Source: a virus (Duplodnaviria > Caudoviricetes). From it: 44,638 bases of DNA. Shown here piece after piece: positions 27,073 to 35,348 of the stretch (positions are counted from its first letter, which is position 1; each line of letters begins with the position of its first letter). The stretch is taken from positions 1-44,638 of IMG/VR virus record IMGVR_UViG_3300037692_000212. One strand, given 5' to 3'. The position numbers and the translations under genes are program-made. Below the pieces are notes generated by a model. It was not told where the DNA came from and made no database searches. It worked only from the letters and a program-made list of their open reading frames with translations.

Positions 27073-27503
27073 TGGCTGATGCACTGTACGATGAGGGCCG
27101 CAACGGTCTGTTGGGTGGCGGCGTCCATGCACAGATCAATTTGGCGACCCATGACATCCGTGTCGGGTTGCGTGACGAAGGCACCACAGCGTTGAACTTG
27201 GCGACCCAGATTGATCTGGGCGATATAGCGTCGGCGCTGGTCGGGACTCATACGGCGTTGGCGTCGCTCACGGTCGGGGTGGTCGGTGTCGGTGTGTTTG
27301 ATCATGCTGACGAAACGTACCCGTCGCTGTCGGGGGCAACGGTCGAGTCGCTCGACTACTTCGACTATGAGACGGGGGTTGATGGCACGTCGCCGCTGAT
27401 CGCCAATTTGGATTCGTGGACTGGTTTGCCGTTGACACCGAACGGTGGTGACGTGATCTTGGCGCCGGCTGCGGGTGGCGTACTTGTCTTACCCGCCAGT
27501 TAA
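27072..27503 (+). CDS. Putative virion structural protein
   Basis: MADALYD.GR..LL.G, GLPLTPNGGDV; GGAGG RBS; structural context. Confidence 0.65.
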   Translation: MADALYDEGRNGLLGGGVHAQINLATHDIRVGLRDEGTTALNLATQIDLGDIASALVGTHTALASLTVGVVGVGVFDHADETYPSLSGATVESLDYFDYETGVDGTSPLIANLDSWTGLPLTPNGGDVILAPAAGGVLVLPAS

Positions 27504-27515
27504 GGGAGCCTCCCG

Positions 27516-28514
27516 ATGTCCCTCCTCTTTATCGACGGTTTCGCCGACGGGCTCGGCGCTGCCAAGTATGTTTCCGGGTCGTTTGCTGCCGACGCTGCTT
27601 ATGGCCGGGTCGGTGGTAACGGTGGCCGGTTCGGAAACATCGAGAACGGCACAGCCGTAATCGGGTTCCCGTCACTGACCTCGATCGTCGTAGGAATGGC
27701 TGTGTACTTGGATTCTGCTGCCGATGGTGACGTGCTGTGGGGGCTCGGTGACGAGGGCCGGATGCGCTGGTATGCCGACGGGTCGCTGGCGTGGCGGCTT
27801 GGGACGTCGGGGGCGGTCCTTGCCCAGTCGTCGCCTGGTTCGGTGCCGACAGGCGCCTGGCATTACGTGGAACTTAAGCTGGTGCTTCACAACTCGACGG
27901 GTGCCGCGACAATCGCTATTGACGGTGTGGTCGACGGTGTGGGGTCAGGTATCGATACCGCCGTGGCTGGGTCAGCTACCGCACTCACGCTCGGGTTCGA
28001 CAGTTCGGCGTGGATCGATCGCTGGTATTGCGCCGATTTGTACGTTGCCGATATCGACGGCTCCGGGATCGTTGATTTCTTGGGCGACGTCCGAGTCGAA
28101 ACCGTGCTCCCATCCGGGAACGGCACCACCTCCGACCTGATCGGTTCGGACATGGACTCGACCGACAACTACCTGTTGGTCGATGAGGCCACCCCGTCGA
28201 CCGCCGACTTCGTCCAATCGGCGGCGGAAGGCGACCTCGACACCTACACAATGTCCGACCTGGCATCGTCGGCAGTCACTGTCCACGGTGTCCAAACCTG
28301 CATTTATGCCACGAAGTCGGACGCGGGCAACAAGTTCATCCGTCCAGTGATCCGCTCCGGCACCACCAACTATCCGGGGACATCGAAGGCGCTAGCCGCA
28401 GTCACCTACCTAGCCTCCCTCGAAGTGTGGGAGCAGGACCCGGACACAGCCGCGGCATGGACCGCGTCGGGCGTCAACGCGATGGAGGTCGGGCAAGAAG
28501 TCCGGGACTCCTAA
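27516..28514 (+). CDS. Putative virion protein with LamG/concanavalin-like beta-sandwich
   Basis: WHYVELK...G...I.IDG, DLYV.D, FLGDVRVET..P. Confidence 0.65.
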   Translation: MSLLFIDGFADGLGAAKYVSGSFAADAAYGRVGGNGGRFGNIENGTAVIGFPSLTSIVVGMAVYLDSAADGDVLWGLGDEGRMRWYADGSLAWRLGTSGAVLAQSSPGSVPTGAWHYVELKLVLHNSTGAATIAIDGVVDGVGSGIDTAVAGSATALTLGFDSSAWIDRWYCADLYVADIDGSGIVDFLGDVRVETVLPSGNGTTSDLIGSDMDSTDNYLLVDEATPSTADFVQSAAEGDLDTYTMSDLASSAVTVHGVQTCIYATKSDAGNKFIRPVIRSGTTNYPGTSKALAAVTYLASLEVWEQDPDTAAAWTASGVNAMEVGQEVRDS

Positions 28515-29440
28515 TGACGATCGCCCGCACCGCCCGCACATCGGTCGAGGTCCTGGTATCCCCCACCGACACGTCGGCCCGCACGGTACGCGTCTCGGTC
28601 GAGGTGCTTGTCCAGGACGTCGCTGGCAGTGATACTCTCGACGGGGTCCTGTTCACCCTCGGCCTCACCTTCCCCACCGGGACAGTCACACCCCAATCGG
28701 TGACCCTTGCCGGTGCGGCATTCACCGTCGCACCGACCTTCCCTACAGGTGCCGTCTCCCCCCAAGCTGTCACCCTCGCAGGTGCCACCTTCACCGTCGC
28801 ACCGACGTTCCCGGCTGGCGACGTCAACCCGCAAGCAGTGACAATCACCGGGACACCCCTCACCATCACACCAACGTTCCCCAGCGGAACAGTGACTTCC
28901 GACACGATCGTTGCCGGGACGCCATTCAGTGTCGCCGTCACGTTCCCCACCGGGACTGCCACGCCCCAATCGGTCACAATCAACGGGTCACCTTTCACCG
29001 TTACACCGACCTTCCCGACAGGTGCGGTCACTGCACAGGCTATGACCCTCACAGGTGCCCTATTCACTGTCCCGCCGACATTCCCCAGCGGAACAGTGAC
29101 ACCTCAGGCAGTGACGATCACAGGCACACCCTTTACGGTGCCTCCGACGTTCAACACGGGAGCAGTCACCCCACAACCTGTCACCATCGCCGGAACCCTA
29201 TTCGCCCTGAACCCCACCTTCTTCAGCGGTGACCTACAACCCCAACCTGTCACGATTAGCGGAACGCCGTTCACTGTCGCAGTTTCGTTCCCGGGCGGCA
29301 CCGTCACAACAATAGGGACCAGCGTCGCAGCTTCCGGCTACGCGACGGTGGGCAACCTGACGGCGGCGGCTGTCACAAACCGAACCACAGTTACGGTCAC
29401 GTCCCGCCGCCCAAACGCAACCGTAACCACCATCGGGTAA
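28514..29440 (+). CDS. Thr/Pro-rich fibre-like protein with ten ~23-aa repeats
   Basis: Repeat consensus PFTVxPTFPxGxVTPQxVTxxGx. Confidence 0.75.
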   Translation: MTIARTARTSVEVLVSPTDTSARTVRVSVEVLVQDVAGSDTLDGVLFTLGLTFPTGTVTPQSVTLAGAAFTVAPTFPTGAVSPQAVTLAGATFTVAPTFPAGDVNPQAVTITGTPLTITPTFPSGTVTSDTIVAGTPFSVAVTFPTGTATPQSVTINGSPFTVTPTFPTGAVTAQAMTLTGALFTVPPTFPSGTVTPQAVTITGTPFTVPPTFNTGAVTPQPVTIAGTLFALNPTFFSGDLQPQPVTISGTPFTVAVSFPGGTVTTIGTSVAASGYATVGNLTAAAVTNRTTVTVTSRRPNATVTTIG

Positions 29441-29449
29441 CATGCGGAC

Positions 29450-29734
29450 ATGGCAAGCAAAGCGATCGTGGGCGCCACAGACGTGACCAGGGTCACATAT
29501 CGGGACAGCAACGACACGGTGACCGACCCGGGGGTAGTAGTGGCGTGGGTCAAGAAACCGAACCAGACAATTGCGCAGATCACAGCTATCACGAACGTGT
29601 CGACCGGGATCTACGACGTCGCCGTAGCACTTGATCAGCCCGGCATCTGGTATCTCAAAGTCACTGCGACTGGGCTGATCACCCCGACTGTGGTCGAGAA
29701 ACGGATCTGCGCCATATCGTCGAGTGTCGCATAG
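29450..29734 (+). CDS. Small Ig-like structural protein
   Basis: DP..V...KKP, STGIY, QPGIWY. Confidence 0.6.
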   Translation: MASKAIVGATDVTRVTYRDSNDTVTDPGVVVAWVKKPNQTIAQITAITNVSTGIYDVAVALDQPGIWYLKVTATGLITPTVVEKRICAISSSVA

Positions 29735-29747
29735 GAGGACCTGGGAC

Positions 29748-30446
29748 ATGAGCCTTTGCACACCGTGGATACTCGAAGACGAACATTTGAGTGACTGTGG
29801 CTGCCCCGACGCACCACAACTCGTCCTGCAATCCACCATTGAGATCGCCTCAGATGTCCTCTACCGGCTGTCTGGTAGGCAATGGCCCGGGCTGTGCTCC
29901 GAGACCGTCAGGCCCTGCTACAAGCGATCTGGTGTCACGTGTGGACATGACCAGCCGTGCACCTGCATCTCCGCCGACATCATCCGCCTACCGAGACGTC
30001 GCGTGACAGAAATCACCGAGGTTTTGATCGACGGTGCCGCATTCACCGACTACATGCTGTACGCCCCGAACCTGTTGGCCCGCACCGACGACCAGCCCTG
30101 GCCGACATGTCAAGACCTCGGTGAAGCAACCAGCGCCGACGGCACCTGGTCGATCACATACAGTTACGGGGCCGAACCGCCCGAAGGGGCGAAACACGCC
30201 GCCCGGCTACTCACAACCGAACTAGTCAAATCGTGCACCGGGGCTGCATGCGCACTACCACCCGGGACCACCTCCGTCACCCGCCGCGGTGTCACCATAC
30301 AAAAAGACGTGTTTGACGGCCGCACCGGCATCACCGCCGTCGATCTGTGGCTCTCCGCAGTGAACCCGCACAAGCGGTCCAGGTCGGCCACAATCGTCTC
30401 CCCCGACGACCCCCTGTTTATCCCCGCCACAGTGACCGGTAGCTGA
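29748..30446 (+). CDS. Head-to-tail adaptor
   Basis: ASDVLYRLSGRQWPGLC..TVRPC, WPTCQD, C.LP....VTRRGV, TG..AVDLWL.AVNP. Confidence 0.82.
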   Translation: MSLCTPWILEDEHLSDCGCPDAPQLVLQSTIEIASDVLYRLSGRQWPGLCSETVRPCYKRSGVTCGHDQPCTCISADIIRLPRRRVTEITEVLIDGAAFTDYMLYAPNLLARTDDQPWPTCQDLGEATSADGTWSITYSYGAEPPEGAKHAARLLTTELVKSCTGAACALPPGTTSVTRRGVTIQKDVFDGRTGITAVDLWLSAVNPHKRSRSATIVSPDDPLFIPATVTGS

Positions 30447-30829
30447 TGGCCGACACCCAGGCGTTGCGGAAACAGATCCGGGACTCGGCAGAGCAGCGTA
30501 TCCGCACCGGCACCCCCGAGCTGCAATCCCGGTTACGGAAAGCAGCACCCGTCTCCGACGGCGGCGGCACGTTGAGGGACTCGGTCTCGGTCACTGCGGA
30601 TGGTCTCACCGCACATGTCCAGGTCGCTGTCGAATACGCCACATACACAACGGAAGGTACCGACCCGCACCCGATCATCGCCCGCACCGCCCGAGCGCTG
30701 AGGTTCTTCTGGCCACATGTCGGGCCACCACAACCCCGCTACTACCGCTCTGTGATGCACCCCGGTACGAAACCAAACGACTGGTATCAGCCTGTGCTCG
30801 ACACGTGGTCTGATATCCTAAACAGATGA
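30446..30829 (+). CDS. Neck/tail-completion protein (HK97 gp10-like)
   Basis: APV..G.LRDS, YA.Y..EGT.PH.I, V.HPGTKPN. Confidence 0.75.
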   Translation: MADTQALRKQIRDSAEQRIRTGTPELQSRLRKAAPVSDGGGTLRDSVSVTADGLTAHVQVAVEYATYTTEGTDPHPIIARTARALRFFWPHVGPPQPRYYRSVMHPGTKPNDWYQPVLDTWSDILNR

Positions 30830-31260
30830 GTCTCGCCACTGCCGCCGCTACCCTCGCCGCCTGGCTCACAACCGGTGCCGACCTCGCCGACTGGGATATC
30901 ACCCCCGACGTCGCCGCTGTGGAACCCTCCTTCGACTGTGACCAGATCAGCATATGGGTCGAATCGATCGTACCGGCCACGTCCGACGGGGGATGCACCA
31001 CCACCCTCACCGTCACGTTCCGTTACGGCATCTCAATGTGTATCGGCATGGACGAGGCAGACAGTCTCATCTTCACCGAAGCCGGCACTGCGCATCTGCG
31101 ACTGTGGCAGATCGTCGCGACCCTTGCCTCTGCATGCTGCGGCAACACACTGTTAGGCGAAGGCACCGACACCAACCGGCTCGGTAACGTCACCATCCTG
31201 CACGGGTTAGGTGACGTGCCGGTGTGGTCTGGTACAGTGTCAGGGATCATCTCAACGTAG
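30826..31260 (+). CDS. Putative tail terminator
   Basis: Lies between the gp10-like gene and the chaperone; size fits. Confidence 0.5.
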   Translation: MSLATAAATLAAWLTTGADLADWDITPDVAAVEPSFDCDQISIWVESIVPATSDGGCTTTLTVTFRYGISMCIGMDEADSLIFTEAGTAHLRLWQIVATLASACCGNTLLGEGTDTNRLGNVTILHGLGDVPVWSGTVSGIIST

Positions 31261-31273
31261 ATAGGGAGCAGCG

Positions 31274-31825
31274 ATGGACGATGACACCAACATCTATGAG
31301 GCGGTCCAGTTCCGTCCCGACGGCAGTATCGCCTTCACGATCGACGACGTAAAGATCCGGTGGCGGCCCCCCAAAGTCAAACACATGAGGGCCGCCCGCA
31401 ACTTGCAATTCGATATCACCAAAAAGGTGCGGGAACTCAACGACCACGTTCGCGACATGTCATCTGAGGTGAAACGGCTGGTGATCCGGTCCAACAACAC
31501 CGACGACGAGGACCTGAAAGCCGAAGTGGCGACACAGATCCGTGCCCTGTCAGACAAGGCAGATCAGGCGTCCCGCGACCAACTCGAAGAGATGGCGCGC
31601 CTCTACGCCGAATGGGTCTCAACCGTCCATACCATGCTGCGTATCGAAGGGGATTTGCCCGTCGGCGAGGATGGCGAGCTCGGCGAGGATGGCGAGCTCG
31701 GCGACGAATGGCCGTCATGGCTACCCTCCCTCCAATTTGCGGGCCGCTGCCTCCGCCATTGGGGGGCCTACCCTTTCGGCTCGAGCGATGGGAACCAGCC
31801 AAATCCCTCAGAGACAAAGCCCTAG
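31274..31825 (+). CDS. Tail assembly chaperone (G)
   Basis: Upstream of the tape measure; contains slippery heptamer C CCT TTC. Confidence 0.65.
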   Translation: MDDDTNIYEAVQFRPDGSIAFTIDDVKIRWRPPKVKHMRAARNLQFDITKKVRELNDHVRDMSSEVKRLVIRSNNTDDEDLKAEVATQIRALSDKADQASRDQLEEMARLYAEWVSTVHTMLRIEGDLPVGEDGELGEDGELGDEWPSWLPSLQFAGRCLRHWGAYPFGSSDGNQPNPSETKP

Positions 31826-32064
31826 CCGCCGCTAAAGGCCGCTCCGCTCTGCCACCCGGCGACCTGTTCGCATTCTCCTACTGGCATGTACTGACCCGCC
31901 GCTACCCCGCGTTGACTTGGTCCGAGTTTTTGGACTGGGAGTTGTGGCAGGTGGCTGCCGGGTTGGGGTTGGACCGGATCGACCCGACCGACGACGACCA
32001 GGAACTACTGGCCCGGTTCGAGACAGAGGGTCGGCGGGCCCCTTCCCCGAATCGGAGAGGCTAG
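31771..32064 (+). CDS. -1 frameshift extension of the tail chaperone (GT)
   Basis: XXXYYYZ heptamer CCCTTTC at 31771-31777 in the correct phase; -1 frame open to 32064 and protein-like. Confidence 0.6.
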   Translation, partial: PFRLERWEPAKSLRDKALAAAKGRSALPPGDLFAFSYWHVLTRRYPALTWSEFLDWELWQVAAGLGLDRIDPTDDDQELLARFETEGRRAPSPNRRG

Positions 32065-32100
32065 CCACTACCATGAGCTGCAGCGACTAGGAGATTCCTT

Positions 32101-34536
32101 CTGGCGGAGATCCGCGATGACCTGATACTCGATATCGACCGGGCCCTCCGTCAGGTTGACGAAATCGAGAGTGCCCTCAACCGGGCTTTGTCTGATCTGG
32201 TCATCAACATCAACACCGGTGCCGCGACTACCGCCGCTGATCAGGTCGCCGACTCGTTACGTGCTGCGGACGTTGCAGCGGATCAGGTTGCCGCAGCTAC
32301 CGATCAGATGACTGCCGATTTGCGGTCTGCCGCCACCGCATCAGACCGGGTCGACGATTCGCTTGACGATGTGCGCCACTCCGCAGACCGGGCCGCTGAT
32401 GAGGTGGGCCGTATCGATAATGAGGCCCGCAACGCGTCCGGGTCGTTCCAGTCACTGGCCGGGTCGCTGCGTAACCTGGCTATCGGTGTCGGTTTAGCGG
32501 TCGGTCTCAACGAGGTACGCCAGTTCTTCCAAGGTGCGGTGAGTGAAGCGTCCAGCCTGGCCGAATCAGTCAACGCCGTCCAGGTGGTGTTCGGTGACGC
32601 TTCACAGACGATCCTCGACTTCGGCGCGGACACGTCCGATGCGGTGTTCCTGGCAGCGTCCGAGTTCAACCAGCTCGCCACCGCTACCGGCAACCTGTTG
32701 CAAGGGTTCGGGTTGGGTGTGCAGGACGCCGCCGATATCACAATCGAACTCACCAACCGGGCCGCCGATCTGGCTTCGGTGTTCAACACTGAAGTTGCTG
32801 TCGCGCTGGATGCAATCAACGCAGCACTCAGGGGCGAGACGGAACAGATCCGCCGCTTCACCGGATCTTTCTCGGTCGAGGAAGTCAAGGACTTTGGGCG
32901 GGAACTGTTCGGTGTCACCGGTGAGCTCACTTCACAGCAGACAGTCTTAGCGGCGGTTGAGCTGATCATGTCCCGCACCGCGGCGGTGCAAGGCGACGCT
33001 GCCAACACAGCCGGTGAACTAGCGAATCAACAGCGCGCATTGACGGAAGTATGGGCCGAGTTCCAAGTCACGGTCGGTCAACTGCTCGTCCCGGCGCTCG
33101 AAGCCTTGCTTCCGCTACTCACCGAACTCGCCGAAAAGGGCGCCAAAGACATACCCGTTGTTGCACAGACGATCGACGATACCGTGACTGCAGCGTCCAG
33201 TCTGGGAACGTCACTAGGGAAAGCAGCAGCGGCAGCGGTCTCGTTTGTAACGTTGGATTGGGGCAGCTCGGCGTCACAGTTGAGGGAATCTGCCGACGCT
33301 GGTAACGACTTCTTTGACGTCACTGTCGGGGCCCGTTCCATTCTGCGTGACTTCGTCTCACAACTCTCTGACGGGACAGATAATGTCACTGACTATGCCA
33401 ACGCGCTCGCCACCGTCGCCGACTCCGACAACCTGATTCGATTGTTTGACGACATCACCGCAGCGGCGGAACGGGGTGGGGTCGGCATCGAAGCACAAGC
33501 CTCAGCATTACGAACGTTGATCCAGTCGGGGCAACTCTCCGGTGAACAGCTCCGGTTTGTCACCCAACAATTCAACGACCTCGCTATCGCGTTGGGACGT
33601 CCCGAACTGCGCCAATCCGAAGGGCTATTCGGTGACCTGTCATACACGGTGAGCACATTCGCCTTGTCCCTAAACGATGCCGGAACCGAATCAACGTTTG
33701 CGCAGGACCGCATATCGGCACTCGGGACTTCGCTCGGTTCCGTGACCGAGGAAGGCGGATTTGCAGCGTCCCGCATCGACGCCATCGGGGACTCGCTCGG
33801 TAATGTCGTGTCACTCTCCGACCGGCTCGAAAGCATCTCCGGCACCTTCGGCAGTATTTCCCGGGCCGCCGACATTGCAGCCGGCGATTTGATTCCGGTC
33901 GCTGAAGGCTTCGAGGATGCCGCTCAGGCCGCCGCCGACTTCCGAACCGCCACACTCGAACTGTCAGACCCGGTGTTCGCTGCAGCTAGGGCACAGGAAC
34001 GTCTCACAGACGCCGAACAGGCCCTCACCGACCTGAGAGCCTCCGGGGAAGCATCCGCCCAAGACATCGCCAACGCATCCCTAGACCTTGCCGAGGCTGC
34101 TCTCGAAGCTGACGCTGCGGCCCGTGGACTCGGCGACATCAACCTGGAAGGCGGCGCGTTCAATCGCAGCATCGGCGTCTTGGCTGCGGCGCTCGGCACC
34201 AACCGCGACACCGTTTATGAACTACTAGAAGCCGCTGGGGTCCTCGACGACACCACCGCAGAACCCGAAGTAGTATTCCTCGTCGACGACCAAGAGATCC
34301 AGAGAGCGCTCGAAGGGATACCGTCCGCCGTTGACGTGGCTGTGCGTTTCGCCGCCACCGGGACACTGCCAGGCTCAATCGGTGGGCTACTGTCCGGTGC
34401 CGTTCAACCCGGCACAGCCACGTCAACGACAACCGTGAGCGTCGCAATCAACAACCCCACCGACAGCGACATCAAAGGCAACGCTGCACAGGCAGGCGCT
34501 ATCATCGGCTCAATCCCAGCACTGGTCCCGCAATGA
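32101..34536 (+). CDS. Tape measure protein (probable CTG start)
   Basis: Long Ala-rich helical ORF with ESVNAVQVVFG, RAADLASVFN, ALRGETE. AGGAG lies 7 nt before in-frame CTG 32101. Confidence 0.9.
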   Translation: MAEIRDDLILDIDRALRQVDEIESALNRALSDLVININTGAATTAADQVADSLRAADVAADQVAAATDQMTADLRSAATASDRVDDSLDDVRHSADRAADEVGRIDNEARNASGSFQSLAGSLRNLAIGVGLAVGLNEVRQFFQGAVSEASSLAESVNAVQVVFGDASQTILDFGADTSDAVFLAASEFNQLATATGNLLQGFGLGVQDAADITIELTNRAADLASVFNTEVAVALDAINAALRGETEQIRRFTGSFSVEEVKDFGRELFGVTGELTSQQTVLAAVELIMSRTAAVQGDAANTAGELANQQRALTEVWAEFQVTVGQLLVPALEALLPLLTELAEKGAKDIPVVAQTIDDTVTAASSLGTSLGKAAAAAVSFVTLDWGSSASQLRESADAGNDFFDVTVGARSILRDFVSQLSDGTDNVTDYANALATVADSDNLIRLFDDITAAAERGGVGIEAQASALRTLIQSGQLSGEQLRFVTQQFNDLAIALGRPELRQSEGLFGDLSYTVSTFALSLNDAGTESTFAQDRISALGTSLGSVTEEGGFAASRIDAIGDSLGNVVSLSDRLESISGTFGSISRAADIAAGDLIPVAEGFEDAAQAAADFRTATLELSDPVFAAARAQERLTDAEQALTDLRASGEASAQDIANASLDLAEAALEADAAARGLGDINLEGGAFNRSIGVLAAALGTNRDTVYELLEAAGVLDDTTAEPEVVFLVDDQEIQRALEGIPSAVDVAVRFAATGTLPGSIGGLLSGAVQPGTATSTTTVSVAINNPTDSDIKGNAAQAGAIIGSIPALVPQ

Positions 34537-35345
34537 CATTCAACACCGCATGTTCACGGCTACGCCTCGGCGGCACCATCACAGGATCGACCCTCACGGG
34601 CGGCACCCTCATCGACACCGGCGGCATCGCCATTTCCGCATGGTCCGGGCTGCTCGACTTCCCAGGCTACCGCGGCACCAACCCGACACTCCTGTCCTCC
34701 GACGGCAACTTTCATCGCAGCAACAAACCAGTACGGGCACGCACGCTCACCCTCAACCTGCAAGCCAGATCACGGTCCGCAACCGGACTCGTCACCACCA
34801 GCCACAACGAACATCTTGAAGCCAACCTAGACGACATCCTCGAACTGATCGCAGGCGACGGGGAACAAGTCATCCTCGAGCGGGACATGCAGGACGGTTC
34901 GACCCGGTGGATACGCATACAACCGTTGGCCGCTATCGCCTACACGCAAGGGCCGATCTTCAACCAAACGTTGGCCATGTACGACCTGCCCGTCGTGTGT
35001 GAAGCCGCCTACCCGTTTTGGCAATCCGAAACCCTGCACGCCGAAGTGGTCACGCCGGGTGCAGACACGATCGTCAACGCCGGGAACGCACGCATCGGCA
35101 ACGCATCGCTAGCCTTCGCTGGGGCTGGGGTGATCACCAACGACGACAACGGTGACGAGCTCGAAGCGAACGCCGCATGCACCGTCGACATCGGCACCCG
35201 CAACATCAGCAATGCCGGATCACCCACCCCCGGCAGGCTCGAACCCCCGAATCGGGAATGGTGGATGAGCTTTGCGGCCGGTACTGTCAATGTCACAGTC
35301 CAGACAAGTAACGTCACTGTGACGTATAGGGATCATTGGTGGTAG
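34533..35345 (+). CDS. Distal tail (Dit-like) minor tail protein
   Basis: First gene after the tape measure; RTLTL, A.YPFW, N.GN, YRDHW. Confidence 0.72.
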   Translation: MTFNTACSRLRLGGTITGSTLTGGTLIDTGGIAISAWSGLLDFPGYRGTNPTLLSSDGNFHRSNKPVRARTLTLNLQARSRSATGLVTTSHNEHLEANLDDILELIAGDGEQVILERDMQDGSTRWIRIQPLAAIAYTQGPIFNQTLAMYDLPVVCEAAYPFWQSETLHAEVVTPGADTIVNAGNARIGNASLAFAGAGVITNDDNGDELEANAACTVDIGTRNISNAGSPTPGRLEPPNREWWMSFAAGTVNVTVQTSNVTVTYRDHWW

Positions 35346-35348
35346 ACG

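Noticed and set aside
32304-34447. Long antisense ORFs over the tape measure and other structural genes
   Set aside because: Expected in high-GC coding DNA; no RBS and no recognisable motifs.
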